From Eledone cirrhosa (Eukaryota): DNA of 64,000 bases. The DNA is taken from NCBI GenBank assembly GCA_964016885.1, contig OZ024766.1, positions 10,106,001-10,170,000 of the forward strand, written 5' to 3'. The position numbers were made by a program, and so were the translations under genes. Positions 27,085 to 40,829 of the stretch are shown one piece after another. The notes beneath the pieces are model-generated. The model was not told the origin of the DNA and did no database searches. It saw only the letters and a program-made list of their open reading frames with translations. How positions within the stretch are numbered: position 1 is the stretch's first letter; each line of letters begins with the position of its first letter.

Positions 27085-28346
27085 GCACACAGCCACACAC
27101 ACACACACATATATATACATACACAGCCACACACACATATATATATACATACACAGCCACACACACACATATATATACATACACAGCCACAGCCACACAC
27201 ACACATATATATACATACACAGCCACACACACACATATATATACATACACAGCCACACACACACATATATACATACACAGCCACACACACACATATATAT
27301 ACATACACAGCCACACACACACATATATATACATACACAGCCTCACACATACATATACATACACAGCCACACACACACATACATATACATACACAGCCAC
27401 ACACATACATATATATACATACACAGCCACACACATACATACATATACATACACAGCCACACACATACATACATATACATACACAGCCACACACATACAT
27501 ATATATACATACACAGCCACACACATACATATACATACACAGCCACACACATACATACATATACATACACAGCCACACACACACATATATATACATACAT
27601 AGCCACACACATACATATATATACATACACAGCCACACACACACATATATATACATACACAGCCACACACACACACATATATACATACACAGCCACACAC
27701 ACACATATATATACATACACAGCCACACACATACATATATATACATACACAGCCACACACATACATATATATACATACACAGCCACACACATACATATAT
27801 ATACATACACAGCCACAAACATACATATATATACATACACAGCCTCACACATACATATATATACATACACAGCCACACACACACATACATATACATACAC
27901 AGCCACACACATACATACATATACATACACAGCCACACACACACATACATATACATACACAGCCACACACATACATATATACATACACAGCCTCACACAC
28001 ACATATATATACATACACAGCCACACACATACATACATATACATACACAGCCACACACACACATACATATACATACACAGCCACACACATACATATATAC
28101 ATACACAGCCTCACACATACATACATATACATACACAGCCACATACATACATATATACATACACAGCCACACACATACGTACATATACATACACAGCCAC
28201 ACACAGCCACTCAGCCACACACACACACACACACACATACATATATATACATACACAGCCACACACACACACACATATACATACACAGCCACACACATAC
28301 ATATACATACACAGCCACACACATACATACACAGCCACACACATAC
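27085..28346. repeat. ~30-bp CA-rich minisatellite
   Basis: Unit acagccacacacayacatayatayacatac. Confidence 0.93.
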
Positions 28347-28432
<86 letters not shown>

Positions 28433-28464
28433 TAATTCAAAATATTAACAAAATAGATATTCTT

Positions 28465-28525
28465 TTTATTATACATATTTCAGAGGTACTGAGTTAAGTT
28501 CAACAGTACGTCCTCATCAGATAAA
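28465..28525 (-). ncRNA. Solo type I hammerhead motif with upstream TATAAATA
   Basis: Minus strand: tttat-CTGATGA-ggac gtactg..cagtac ctct-GAAA-TATGTA-TA-ataaa. TATAAATA on the same strand near 28610. Confidence 0.7.
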
Positions 28526-28656
28526 TTAAAATGATACATGACATACCCTGACTTAGTAGATGGTTAAGATTCAGTCAAGGTAGTGATTAACTTATGACAA
28601 AACTCAATATTTATACCCTCATTCTTTGATGTATTCATTGAACCTTGTTTAACTCT

Positions 28657-28687
<31 letters not shown>

Positions 28688-28990
28688 CATCATAATCATC
28701 ATCATCATCGTTTAACATCCACATTCCACGCTTGCATGGGTTTGAACGGGAGTTTTCCCACTTGAGGCAAGATTGGTTGTCTTGCTCGTATAGGACTGTC
28801 TGGCGGGTTTTCTACAGCTGGATGCCCTTCCTAACACCAACCACATTTACAGTGTGGGTCTGGGAGGTTTTTACCGTGTTACCTACACGGCCACATTACA
28901 GCGTGGACTGTGTGTTTTTTTGTCGTGACACCTACACAACCTCATTTGTTTCGGCCTGGATGTTGTGGTACCAACATAACTTTACATTGA
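28688..28990 (-). mobile_element. RTE LINE 3' UTR fragment
   Basis: Same UTR sequence and (cat)n tail. Confidence 0.85.
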
Positions 28991-29017
28991 AATGTATACA
29001 TATATATGTATACATAC

Positions 29018-29134
<117 letters not shown>

Positions 29135-29165
29135 CATATATACATATATATATATACATATATAC

Positions 29166-31814
29166 ACATCCCAACATAGCTTAGTTGTCAGCGACCTCAC
29201 GGTCAGAACTAGACGAGCCCTGAAACAGAGGCCAACCTGGAGAAGAAAGATCTGGAAGCTGAAAGTCCCCTCAACCAGTAACAGATTTAAAGATATTTTA
29301 CTCAACGCCTACGACAGTAAAGAAGAACAGATAGAGACATTTAACGTAGAAGAGAACTGGGAGTTCCTAAAAAATAACTTACTAGAGGCGACGGATGAGG
29401 TTTGTGGCTGGAGTAAGACCTCAAGCAGGAGGAGAGTGACTTGGTGGTGGAACAATAAGGTAGATGAAGCAGTCAAGGCCAAGAGACAGGCATGGAAAGA
29501 ATGGAAGAACGGGGGGAGCAGGGTACATTACATAGAGACCAAGAGGGAAGCTAGGCGACAAGTATACTTAGCTAGGAGGGAAGCAGAGGATAGAAAATTC
29601 AAGCATGTTTTACAACGTGAGGACCAGAAACAGGAGGTATTCAAGATTGCGAGGCAGTGTGTCAGAGATAGTTGTGATGTCATTGGAGAGAAGTGTATCC
29701 GGAATGATAAAGGTGAGCTTGCCCTCACAAGTGCTGAGAAGAAAGATGCATGGAAGAGTCATTATGATAGATTACTAAATGAGGAGAATGCATGGGAAGA
29801 AGAGACCCTACCCCACGTAGACCCTATAGAGGGACCAGCAGTACAAGTCAGCGGCAGCGTAGTAAGTAAGGCAATCAGAGATATGAAGATAGGGAAGGCA
29901 ACCGGTCCATCGGGTATAGCTGCCGAGATGCTGAAGGCATCTGGGTCTGTAGGTCACACTATAACCACACATATCGTTAACCAGGTAATACTAGAGGGGG
30001 CCATACCAAAAGATTGGTGCAGTAGCATCATTGTCAACTGCTACAAAGGTAAAGGCGATGCACTAGATAGAGGAAACTATAGAGGTATAAAGTTGATGGA
30101 CCAGGTCATGAAAGTAACAGAAAGAGTTATAGCACAGCTGATTAGGGACCGGGTGAATATAGACGAGATGCAATTTGGGTTTGTACCAGGGAAAGGCACC
30201 ACTGATGCCCTCTTCCTTGTGAGGCAATTACAGGAAAAGTACCGAGCTAAAAGTAAGCCACTCTACTTGGCATTTGTCGACCTTGAGAAAGCCTTTGACA
30301 GAGTTCCACGTGCAGTAATCTGGTGGGCTCTTAGAAAACTAGGAGTAGATGAATGGCTTGTGAAAGCGGTACAAGCCATGTATAGGGGAGCAGTCAGCAA
30401 AGTTAGGATTGGCAATGAGTATAGCGAGGAATTTAGCGTACAGGTTGGGGTCCACCAGGGCTCTGTTCTTAGCCCTCTCCTGTTCATCATAGTCCTGCAG
30501 GCAATAACGGAGGAGTTTAAGACCGGATGCCCATGGGAACTCCTGTATGCTGATGACCTCGCACTCATAGCTGAATCTATGGTAAAACTAGAGAATAAAT
30601 TCCAAACCTGGAAGCAGGGACTAGAGAGAAAGGGCCTCAAAGTCAACATGACAAAGACTAAGGTCCTTATAAGTAGACGAGAAAACAGAACCCAGATCCC
30701 CTCAGGGAAATGGCCTTGCTCAGTATGTAGGAAAGGTGTAGGTAGGAACTCCATTCTTTGCCCCAAATGCAAACAATGGGTACACAAGAGATGTAGCGGG
30801 ATCTCAGGAAGCTTAATTAAGAATGTAGGATTCACATGCAGCAGCTGTGCTGAAACAGCAAGCAAACAGCCACAGGAAACAAGTACCACCAATCTCTGGG
30901 AGGGCCCTGTAGAAACAGTAGACAGCTTCTGCTACCTAGGTGACCGAATTAGCAACGGAGGTGGGTGCTCAGAAAGTACAATAACTAGGGTAAGAACGGG
31001 ATGGAAGAAGTTTAGGGAACTACTACCACTGCTAGCTGCAAAAGGCTTCTCCCTCAGAATGAAAGGCAGACTGTATGATGCGTGTATCCGAACAGCGATG
31101 TTGCATGGTAGTGAGACCTGGGCGCTGAAGGTGGAAGACTTACGTAGATTAGAGAGAAACGAAGCCTGCATGCTCCGATGGATGTGTAACAGTAATATAC
31201 GTGAACGACAAAGCATAAAGGAATTGAGAGAGAGACTGAGCATAAGAGGAATCAAATGCTGCGTGCAGGAGAGGCGGTTACGCTGGTATGGACATGTGAT
31301 GCGTATGAAGGATGACAGCTGCATAAAAAGGTGCAGAGCACTAGAAGTTGATGGAAACCGCGGAGTGGGGAGACCCAAGATGACTTGGGATGAGGTGATA
31401 AAAGCCGACCTTACCCAACTACACCTCTCAAAGTCAATGACACACGACCGTGACTTCTGGCGTCGCGCAGTAATACAGGGTACCCGACCTCCCATGGGTA
31501 CATGCTGAAGCATATAAACAATATGCCCCCCCCCCCCCCCCCCTCCACCGCAAGGTGGCCGTGGAGGTGCCACGGCAAAAAAGCACCCAGCCCACACTGT
31601 AAAGTGGACGTGTAGGCGCCACGAAAAAGCACCCAGCACTCACTGTAAATGAGGTTGGTGTTAGGAAGGGCATCCAGCTGTAGAAATCAAGCCAGATCAG
31701 TTCCTGTATGAGCAAGGCATGGTCAGCCGACCAGACACTGCCCACAACAGGACAACCCGTCTAACCCATGCTAGCGTGGAAGAACGGACGTAAAACGGTG
31801 ATGATGATGATGAT
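29166..31814 (+). mobile_element. 5'-truncated RTE-clade LINE: end of endonuclease, reverse transcriptase, PHD-like finger, 3' UTR and (ATG)n tail
   Basis: Open frame about 29166-31508 starting at SQHSLVV, with [33 protein letters not shown] and RRLRWYGHV; tail ggacgtaaaacg(atg)n. Begins inside a TA microsatellite. Confidence 0.93.
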
Positions 31815-31842
31815 ATATATATATATATATACATGTATATAT

Positions 31843-31894
<52 letters not shown>

Positions 31895-31917
31895 ATATAT
31901 ATATATGTATATATATG

Positions 31918-31958
<41 letters not shown>

Positions 31959-32004
31959 TCATCATCATCGTTTAACGTCTATCTTCCTCGCTTGCATGAT
32001 ATAT

Positions 32005-32048
<44 letters not shown>

Positions 32049-32108
32049 GTATGTATATATATGTATATATATGCATATATATATATATATATATGCATAT
32101 ATATATGC

Positions 32109-32161
<53 letters not shown>

Positions 32162-32227
32162 CTCTCACTACATCTTTTCCTTCGTCTATCTCTCTGTCTA
32201 CCACCCTCTTCACTGTCTCACCTCCAG

Positions 32228-32314
32228 GATGGAGCTGCGTTGTGTTATTGCAGTCATCAGACATGGAGATAGAACACCCAAACAGAAAATGAAGATGGAA
32301 GTCAAACACAAAAA
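32228..32314 (+). CDS. PPIP5K: PPIP5K exon E: (M)[28 protein letters not shown](K)
   Basis: cctccag acceptor, gtaaat donor; 87 nt, phase 2-2. Contains the histidine-phosphatase signature RHGxRxP. Confidence 0.97.
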
Positions 32315-32379
32315 GTAAATCTCTCTCTCTCTCTCTCTCTTCTGCTTTCTATTGTGGAATTTATATTATTATTATTATC

Positions 32380-32700
32380 AAATCCCGCCGAGGTTAACTT
32401 TGCCTTTCATCCTTACGGGGTCGATAAAATAAAGTACCAGTTATGCACTGGGATAATTGCTGGCCTTGTGCCAAAAGTAGAAACAATTATCTATACTATA
32501 ATAAAGTGTGGGACTGTGTCTGTTGGTGGATTGGCAGTATCAGTAGAGGGTCGGACACCATGCTTTCCAGCATAGTTACGTCCCTTTACGATCTGAGTTC
32601 AAATCCCACCGAGGTTGACTTTGCCTTTCATCCTTACGGGGTCGATAAAATAAAGTACCAGTAATTGCTGGCCTTGTGCGTAACGTAGAAACAATTATTT
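32380..32700 (+). mobile_element. Two SINE family 2 copies (one partial, one near complete)
   Basis: Core motif near 32395 and 32615. Confidence 0.78.
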
Positions 32701-33191
32701 TATCCTGTTAGTAAAACAAGTTGGGTTACTTTGAATAATTAATAAATGAATCTATAATATAATAAAGGGAGAAGTGTGGGACTGTGTCCATTTTATATTA
32801 TTTTATCCTGTTAGTAAAACAAGTTGGATTACTTTGAGTAATTAATAAATGAATCTATAATATAATAAAGGGAGAAGTGTGGGATTGTGTCCATTTTATA
32901 TCATTTTATCCTGTTAGTAAAACAAGTTGGATTACTTTGAGTAATTAATAAATGAATCTATAATATAATAAAGGGAGAAGTGTGGGACTGTGTCCATTTT
33001 ATATTATTTTATCCTGTTAGTAAAACAAGTTGGATTACTTTGAATAATTAATAAATGAATCTATAATATAATAAAGGGAGAAGTGTGGGACCGTATCTGT
33101 TTTATATTATTTTATCCTCTTAGTAAAACAAGTTGGGTTACTTTGAATAAAACAAGTTGGGTTACTTTGAATAATTAATAAATGAATCTAT
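32696..33191. repeat. 103-bp tandem repeat, ~4.5 copies
   Basis: tatcctgttagtaaaac at 32701, 32804 and 32907. Confidence 0.92.
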
Positions 33192-33192
33192 A

Positions 33193-34000
33193 GTCCATAG
33201 TATCGGAGCTGTGATCTCTCAATTCAGAGATTCTTTCCTGAGACATTCTAACCACATGTCTGTAGTATCAGAGCTGTGATCTCTCAATTCAGAGATTCTT
33301 TCCTGAGACATTCTAACCACATGTCCATAGTATCAGAGCTGTGATCTCTCAATCCAGAGATTTTTTCCTGAGACATTCTAACCACATGTCCATAGTATCA
33401 GAGCTGTGATCTCTTAATTCAGAGATTCTTTCCTGAGACATTCTAACCACATGTCCATAGTATCAGAGCTGTGATCCCTCAATCCAGAGATTCTTTCCTG
33501 AGACATTCTAACCACATGTCCATAGTATCAGAGCTGTCATCTCTCAATTCAGAGATTCTTTCCTGAGACATTCTAACCACATGTCCATAGTATCAGAGCT
33601 GTGATCCCTCAATTCAGATATTCTTTCCTGAGACATTCTAACCACATGTCCATAGTATCAGAGCTGTGATCCCTCAATTCAGAGATTCTTTCCTGAGACA
33701 TTCTAACCACATGTTCATAGTATCAGAGCTGTGATCTCTCAATCCAGAGATTCTTTCCTGAGACATTCTAACCACATGTTCATAGTATCAGAGCTGTGAT
33801 CTCTCAATCCAGAGATTCTTTCCTGAGACATTCTAACCACATGTCTGTAGTATCAGAGCTGTGATCTCTCAATTCAGAGCTTCTTTCCTGAGACATTCTA
33901 ACCACATGTCTATAGTATCAGAGCTGTGGTCTCTCAATTCAGAGATTCTTTCCTGAGACATTCTAACCACATATCCATAGTATCAGAGCTGTGATCTCTG
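33193..34000. repeat. 65-bp minisatellite, ~12 copies
   Basis: Unit gtccatagtatcagagctgtgatctctcaattcagagattctttcctgagacattctaaccacat. Confidence 0.95.
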
Positions 34001-34168
34001 AATCCTGCGAAACAGCGGCTCTACCTGGAGTGACTCTCTGATCTTCAAGCTACGTTCTCTATGGAGTAATGTTACTCAAAAGACTCTTCGGATGAACCCC
34101 ATTTCAGCCCCTTGTTTTCACAATTGTATTCTTTTGATCATGTTTTCTCGCTTATTTTTTCTTTAAAG

Positions 34169-34354
34169 GTTTTTTGAACTTTTTCAAAAGTACCAGGGGT
34201 ATAAGAAGGGTCATTTGAAGTTAAAGAAGCCAAAACAACTGCAGGAAGTGTTGGATATTGTAAGGTTTTTGTTGAATGAGAACAACTCACAGAAGAACAG
34301 CGCCATAGAGGAGAAAAAGGCCAAACTGGAGCAGTTGAAATTGGTTTTAGAAAT
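34169..34354 (+). CDS. PPIP5K: PPIP5K exon F: (K)[61 protein letters not shown](M)
   Basis: ttttctttaaag acceptor, gtaagt donor; 186 nt, phase 2-2. Conserved [13 protein letters not shown] and KLEQLKxVLEM motifs. Confidence 0.95.
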
Positions 34355-34367
34355 GTAAGTATTGTTC

Positions 34368-35610
34368 TGGGTGTAGTTGGTGTTGTAGTGGTGGTGGTGG
34401 AGCTTGTGTGGTAGTTTGGTGTGGTGTGGTGGTGTGTTTGTGTTGTGGTGGTGTAGTAGTATGGTAGTGGTGTGGTGGTAGTTTGGTGTGGTGGTGTGTT
34501 TGTGTTGTGGTGGTGTAGTGGTGTGGTGGTGTGGTGGTGGAGGTAGTGTGGTAGTTTGGTGTGGTGTGGTGGTGTGTTTGTGTTGTGGTGTGGTGGTGGA
34601 GGTAGTGGTAGTTTGGTGTGGTGTGGTGGTGTGTTTGTGTTGTGGTGGTGTAGTGGTGTGGTGGTGGAGGTAGTGTGGTAGTTTGGTGTGGTGTGGTGGT
34701 GTGTTTGTGTTGTGGTGGTGTAGTAGTATGGTAGTGGTGTGGTGGTGTGTTTGTGTTGTTGTGGTGGTGTAGTGGTGTGGTGGTGTGTTTGTGTTGTGGT
34801 GTAGTGGTATGGTAGTGGTGTGGTGGTGGAGGTAGTGGTAGTTTGGTGTGGTGTGGTGGTGTGTTTGTGTTGTGGTGTAGTGGTGGAGGTAGTGTGGTAG
34901 TTTGGTGTGGTGTGGTGGTGTGTTTGTGTTGTGGTGGTGTAGTGGTGTGGTGGTGGAGGTAGTGTGGTAGTTTGGTGTGGTGGTGTAGTGGGTGTGGTGT
35001 GGTGGTGTGTTTGTGTTGTAGTGGTGTGGTGGTGTGGTGGTGGAGGTAGTGTGGTAGTTTGGTGTGGTGGTGTGTTTGTGTTGTGGTGGTGTAGTGGTGT
35101 GGTAGTGTGGTGGTGGAGGTAGTGTGGTAGTTTGGTGTGGGGTGGTGGTGTGTTTGTGTTGTAGTGGTGTGGTGGTGGAGGTAGTGTGGTAGTTTGGTGT
35201 GGTGTGGTGGTGTGTTTGTGTTGTGGTGGTGTAGTGGTGTGGTAGTGGTGTGGTGGTGTGGTGGTGGAGGTAGTTTGGTAGTTTGGTGTGGTGTGGTGGT
35301 GTGTTTGTGTTGTAGTGGTTGGTGTGTTTGTGTTGTGGTATGTAGTGTACTGGTGGTGTTTGTGGGGTAGTTTGGTGTGGTGGTGTGTTTGTGTTGTGTG
35401 GTGTGGTTTAGTGGTGTGTGGTGGTGTGTTTGTGTTGTGGTAGTGATGTGGTGGTGGTGGTGGTGTTTGTGTGGCAATGGTGCGGTTGTGTAGTGGTGTG
35501 GTAGTGTATGGTGTAGTTGTGGTGTGGTATAGGTGTGTATATAGTGTATGGTGGTGGGTGGTGTTGTGTGGTAGTGGTGGTGGTGATGTGTATGTTGTGG
35601 TGTGGTGTTT
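34368..35610. repeat. GT-rich low-complexity repeat just after exon F
   Basis: Mosaic of gtggt and gtgtt units. Confidence 0.9.
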
Positions 35611-35643
35611 GTTCTCCTATGATGATGGGACTTATTATTATTA

Positions 35644-36133
35644 TTAACTTTGCCTTTCATCCTTACATGGTTGATAAAATAAAGTACCAGTAATACACTG
35701 GGGTAATTGCTGGCCTTGTGCCCCCAAAAGTAGAAACATTTATTACAGGGTCGATAAAATAAAGTACCAGTAATACACTGGGTTAATTGCTGGCCTTGTG
35801 CCCCCAAAAGTAGAAACATTTATTACAGGGTTGATAAAATAAAGTACCAGTAATACACTGGGGTAATTGCTGGCCTTGTGCCTAAAGTAGAAACAGTTAT
35901 TACAGGGTCGATAAAATAAAGTACCAGTAATACACTGGGGTTAATTGCTGGCCTTGTGCCTAACGTAGAAACAGTTATTACAGGGTCGATAAAATAAAGT
36001 ACCAGTAATACACTGGGTTAATTGCTGGCCTTGTGCCCCCAAAAGTAGAAACAATTAGACAGGGTCGATAAAATAAAGTACCAGTAATACACTGGGGTAA
36101 TTGCTGGCCTTGTGCCAAAAGTAGAAACAATTA
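35644..36133 (+). repeat. Tandem array of the SINE family 2 3' end (~6 units of ~75-80 bp)
   Basis: Repeated gggtcgataaaataaagtaccagtaatacactggg...aagtagaaaca. Confidence 0.8.
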
Positions 36134-36417
36134 TAAATATATTTGTGAAAATTGAAAATTCAATATTTTTTCTTTTCATTTATAAGATTATTGAAAGAAT
36201 TTAATTTCTTATTTTTTCTGCCATTTTCTTTTCTGTTTTATTTTATGTATTCTTCAGTTAAAATATGTATATATATATATATTATATATGTATTATATAT
36301 GTGTATATATATTTGTGTATGTTTGTATGTATACATGTGTATATATATATCATCATATATATATATGTGTTTATATATATATATAGGTATATATAATGTG
36401 TATATATATGTATATAC

Positions 36418-36460
<43 letters not shown>

Positions 36461-36589
36461 GTGCATATATATATATGTCCATATATATATGTATGTATAT
36501 ATATATATATTGTGTGTATATATATATATACACATCTATATTTATACATACATGTATATAGACATTGACATACATATATGTTTATATAC

Positions 36590-37385
36590 AGATACATACA
36601 CACATCTTCACACACACATTTCCACACTCACATACACATACATACACACACACATCTCCACCACACACACACACACATAGCTCCACCACACACACATAGC
36701 TTCACCACACACACACACACACACATAGCTCCACCACACACATAGCTCCACCACACACATCTCCACACACACACACTTAGCTCCACACATACATAGCTCC
36801 ACCACATGCACACACATCTCCACCACACACACATACATACACACATCTCACACATACACACACATACACACAGCTCTCTCTCCACACACACACATCTCCA
36901 CCACACACACACACATAGCTCCACCACACACACACACACATAGCTCCACCACACATATCTCCACACACATACATACACACAGCTCTCTCTCCACACACAC
37001 ATCCACACACACACACATCTCCACACACATACACACAGCTCTCTCTCCACACACACATCCACACACACACACATCCACACACACACACATCTCCACACAC
37101 ACACATCGCCACACGCACATAGCTCCACTACACACATCTCACACACACATACACACAGCTCTCTCTCCACACACACATCCACACACACACACATCTCCAC
37201 ACACACACATTGCCACACACACATAGCTGCACCACACACATCTCCACACACACACATTGCCACACACACATAGCTCCACCACACACATCTCCACACACAC
37301 ATACACACAGCTCTCTCTCCACACACACATCCACACACACATCTCCACCACACATACACACACATCTCCACCACACACACACACA
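36590..37385. repeat. CA-rich degenerate minisatellite
   Basis: Recurrent acacatctccacac and acatagctccacc. Confidence 0.88.
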
Positions 37386-37585
37386 TGGATCCTGCATGCC
37401 AGAGTGTCCAGTTTGTGACATAAACCCCCTCTTTCCGCCTCCTCCTTCTCCTCATCCCTTAAAAAAACCCTTTTTTTTTATTTGGGTTTCTTTCTTCAAA
37501 CTAATCTCTTTTTGTTTCGTTAGTTTTGTGAATTTTTTTTTGTTTTATCTGATTATATTTATTTATATATGTATATATATGTATA

Positions 37586-40500
37586 GCGTATATGCTGGCG
37601 TATAAGTCGATCTGGCGCATAGATCGACCCCTAATATTTTGAGGTTTAATTCAGGTTTAGGCCCATATTTGCTAGATAAGATGACCCAACTCCCCCAAAA
37701 ATAAGACAGTTGCAGGGAAAATAATTTTAAAAAATTAGTGGCGAGCTAAAGGCTAAGTCACTTCTAAAACATTTCAGTTCTAACTCACTGAGTAAACCTG
37801 CCTAACCTAACCTTAACGAACCTATGGTAACCTAACCTATGGTAACCTACCCCATGGTAACCTAACCTATGGTAACTTACTTTAATGACCCCATGGTAAC
37901 CTAACCTATGGTAACCTACCCCATGGTAACCTAACCTATGGTAACTTACTTTAATGACCCCATGGTAACCTAACCTATGGTAACCTAACCTATGGTAACT
38001 TACTTTAATGACCCCATGGTAACCTACCCCATGGTAAACTAACCTATGGTAACTTACTTTAATGACCCCATGGTAACCTAATCTATGGTAACCTAACCTA
38101 TGGTAACCTAACCTATGGTAACCTAACCTATGGTAACCTAACCTATGGTAACCTACCCTATGGTAACCTAACTTATGGTAACCTAACCTATGGTAACCTA
38201 ACTTGTGGTAACCTAACCTATGGTAACCTAACCTATGGTAACCTAACCTATGGTAACCTACCTGTGGTAACCTACCCTATGGTAACCTAACTTGTGGTAA
38301 CCTAACCTATGGTAACCTAACCTATGGTAACCTAACCTATGGTAACCTATCCTATGGTAACCCAACCTATGGTAACCTAACCTATGGTAACCTACCTGTG
38401 GTAACCTACCCTATGGTAACCTAACTTGTGGTAACCTAACCTATGGTAACTTACTTTCATGATCCTATGGTAACCTACCCTATGGTAACCTACCTATGGT
38501 AACCTACCCTACAGTAACCTACCCTACAGTAACCTACCCTATGGTAACCTACCCTATGGTAACCTACCCTATGGTAACCTACCCTATGGTAACCTACCCT
38601 ATGGTAACCTACCCTATGGTAACCTACTCTATGGTAACCTACCCTATGGTACCTACCCTATGGTAACCTACCCTATGGTAACCTACCCTATAGTAACCTA
38701 CTCTATGGTAACCTACCCTACAGTAACCTACCCTACGGTAACCTACTCTATGGTAACCTACCCTATGGTAACCTACTCTATGGTAACCTACCCTACAGTA
38801 ACCTACCCTACGGTAACCTACCCTATGGTAACCTACTCTATAGTAACCTACCCTATAGTAACCTACCCTAATGTAACCTACCCTACGGTAACCTACTCTA
38901 TGGTAACCTACCCTATAGTAACCTACCCTATGGTAACCTACCCTATGGTAACCTACCCTATGGTAACCTACCCTATAGTAACCTACCATATGGTAACCTA
39001 CTCTATGGTAACCTACCCTATAGTAACCTACCCTATGGTAACCTACCCTATGGTAACCTACCCTATGGTAATCTACCCTATAGTAACCTACCCTATCGTA
39101 ACCTACCCTATGGTAACCTACCCTATGGTAACCTACCCTATGGTAACCTACCCTATAGTAACCTACCCTATGGTAACCTGCCCTATGGTAACCTACTCTA
39201 TGGTAACCTACCCTACAGTAACCTACCCTATGGTAACCTACCCTATGGTAACCTACCCTATAGTAACATACCCTATGGTAACCTACCCTATGGTAACCTA
39301 CCCTATGGTAACCTGCCCTATGGTAACCTACCCTATAGTAACCTACCCTATGGTAACCTACCCTATGGTAACCTACCCTATAGTAACCTACCCTATGGTA
39401 ACCTACCCTATGGTAACCTACCCTATGGTAACCTACCCTATAGTAACCTACCCTATGGTAACCTACCATATGGTAACCTACTCTATGGTAACCTACCCTA
39501 TAGTAACCTACCCTATGGTAACCTACCCTATGGTAACCTACCCTATGGTAACCTACCCTACAGTAACCTACCCTATGGTAACCTACCCTATGGTAACCTA
39601 CCCTATGGTAACCTACCCTATGGTAACCTACCCTATAGTAACCTACCCTATGGTAACCTACCATATGGTACCCTACTCTATGGTAACCTACCCTATAGTA
39701 ACCTACCCTATGGTAACCTACCCTATGGTAACCTGCCCTATGGTAACCTACCCTATAGTAACCTACCCTATGGTAACCTACCCTATGGTAACCTACCCTA
39801 TAGTAACCTACCCTATGGTAACCTACCCTATGGTAACCTACCCTATGGTAACCTACCCTATAGTAACCTACCCTATAGTAACCTACCATATGGTAACCTA
39901 CTCTATGGTAACCTACCCTATGGTAACCTACCCTATGGTAACCTACCCTATGGTAACCTACCCTATGGTAACCTACCCTATAGTAACCTACCCTATGGTA
40001 ACCTACCCTATGGTAACCTACCCTATGGTAACCTACCCTATGGTAACCTACCCTATAGTAACCTACCCTATGGTAACCTGCCCTATGGTAACCTGCCCTA
40101 TGGTAACCTACCCTATAGTAACCTACCCTATGGTAACCTACCCTATAGTAACCTACCCTATGGTAACCTACCCTATGGTAACCTGCCCTATGGTAACCTA
40201 CCCTATAGTAACCTACCCTATGGTAACCTACCCTATGGTAACCTACCCTATAGTAACCTACCCTATGGTAACCTACCCTATGGTAACCTACCCTATGGTA
40301 ACCTACCCTATAGTAACCTACCCTATGGTAACCTACCCTATGGTAACCTACCCTATGGTAACCTACCCTACGGTAACCTACCCTATGGTAACCTACCCTA
40401 TGGTAACCTACCCTATGGTAACCTACTCTATGTGCTACATCATTGATATTATAATCTCTACGTTAAATAGACTTAACAAATATGAGATTCAGTAGGAAAT

Positions 40501-40676
40501 AATTGTGGTGGGCTGCTAGAGTTATGGTAAGTGGGGTACAAGTGTTAGGCAGGCAGTTTCACTGTTTACCCCTCAGTGGTAAAGGTTCACATTTCAAATT
40601 TGGCGGACAAGTTGACCCCTGGTTTTGGAGAGATTTTTTGGGCTCCAAATGTCGACTTGTACACTGGCATATACGG
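37586..40676. mobile_element. Tc2/pogo-like non-autonomous DNA transposon (MITE) containing a 15-bp satellite
   Basis: TA|GCGTATATGCTGGCGTATAAGTCGA ... TCGACTTGTACACTGGCATATACGG|TA: 25-bp imperfect TIRs (20/25) with TA flanks. Confidence 0.72.
37800..40431. repeat. 15-bp satellite (cctatggtaacctam)n
   Basis: 15-bp periodicity over ~2.6 kb. Confidence 0.97.
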
Positions 40677-40829
40677 TATATATTTCTGTTTTATTTATTT
40701 TTTCAATTAATTCCTTAATTACTTAACTGACCAACTGAAATTCTAGCTTTATTTAATTAACCCTTTCGTTACTGCATTTCAAATGAAATGCACTCAATTT
40801 GACTTAATTAATTTTAGAAAAATTAAAAG

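Noticed and set aside
30263-31639. Antisense ORFs over the LINE
   Set aside because: Shadow frames of the RT ORF.
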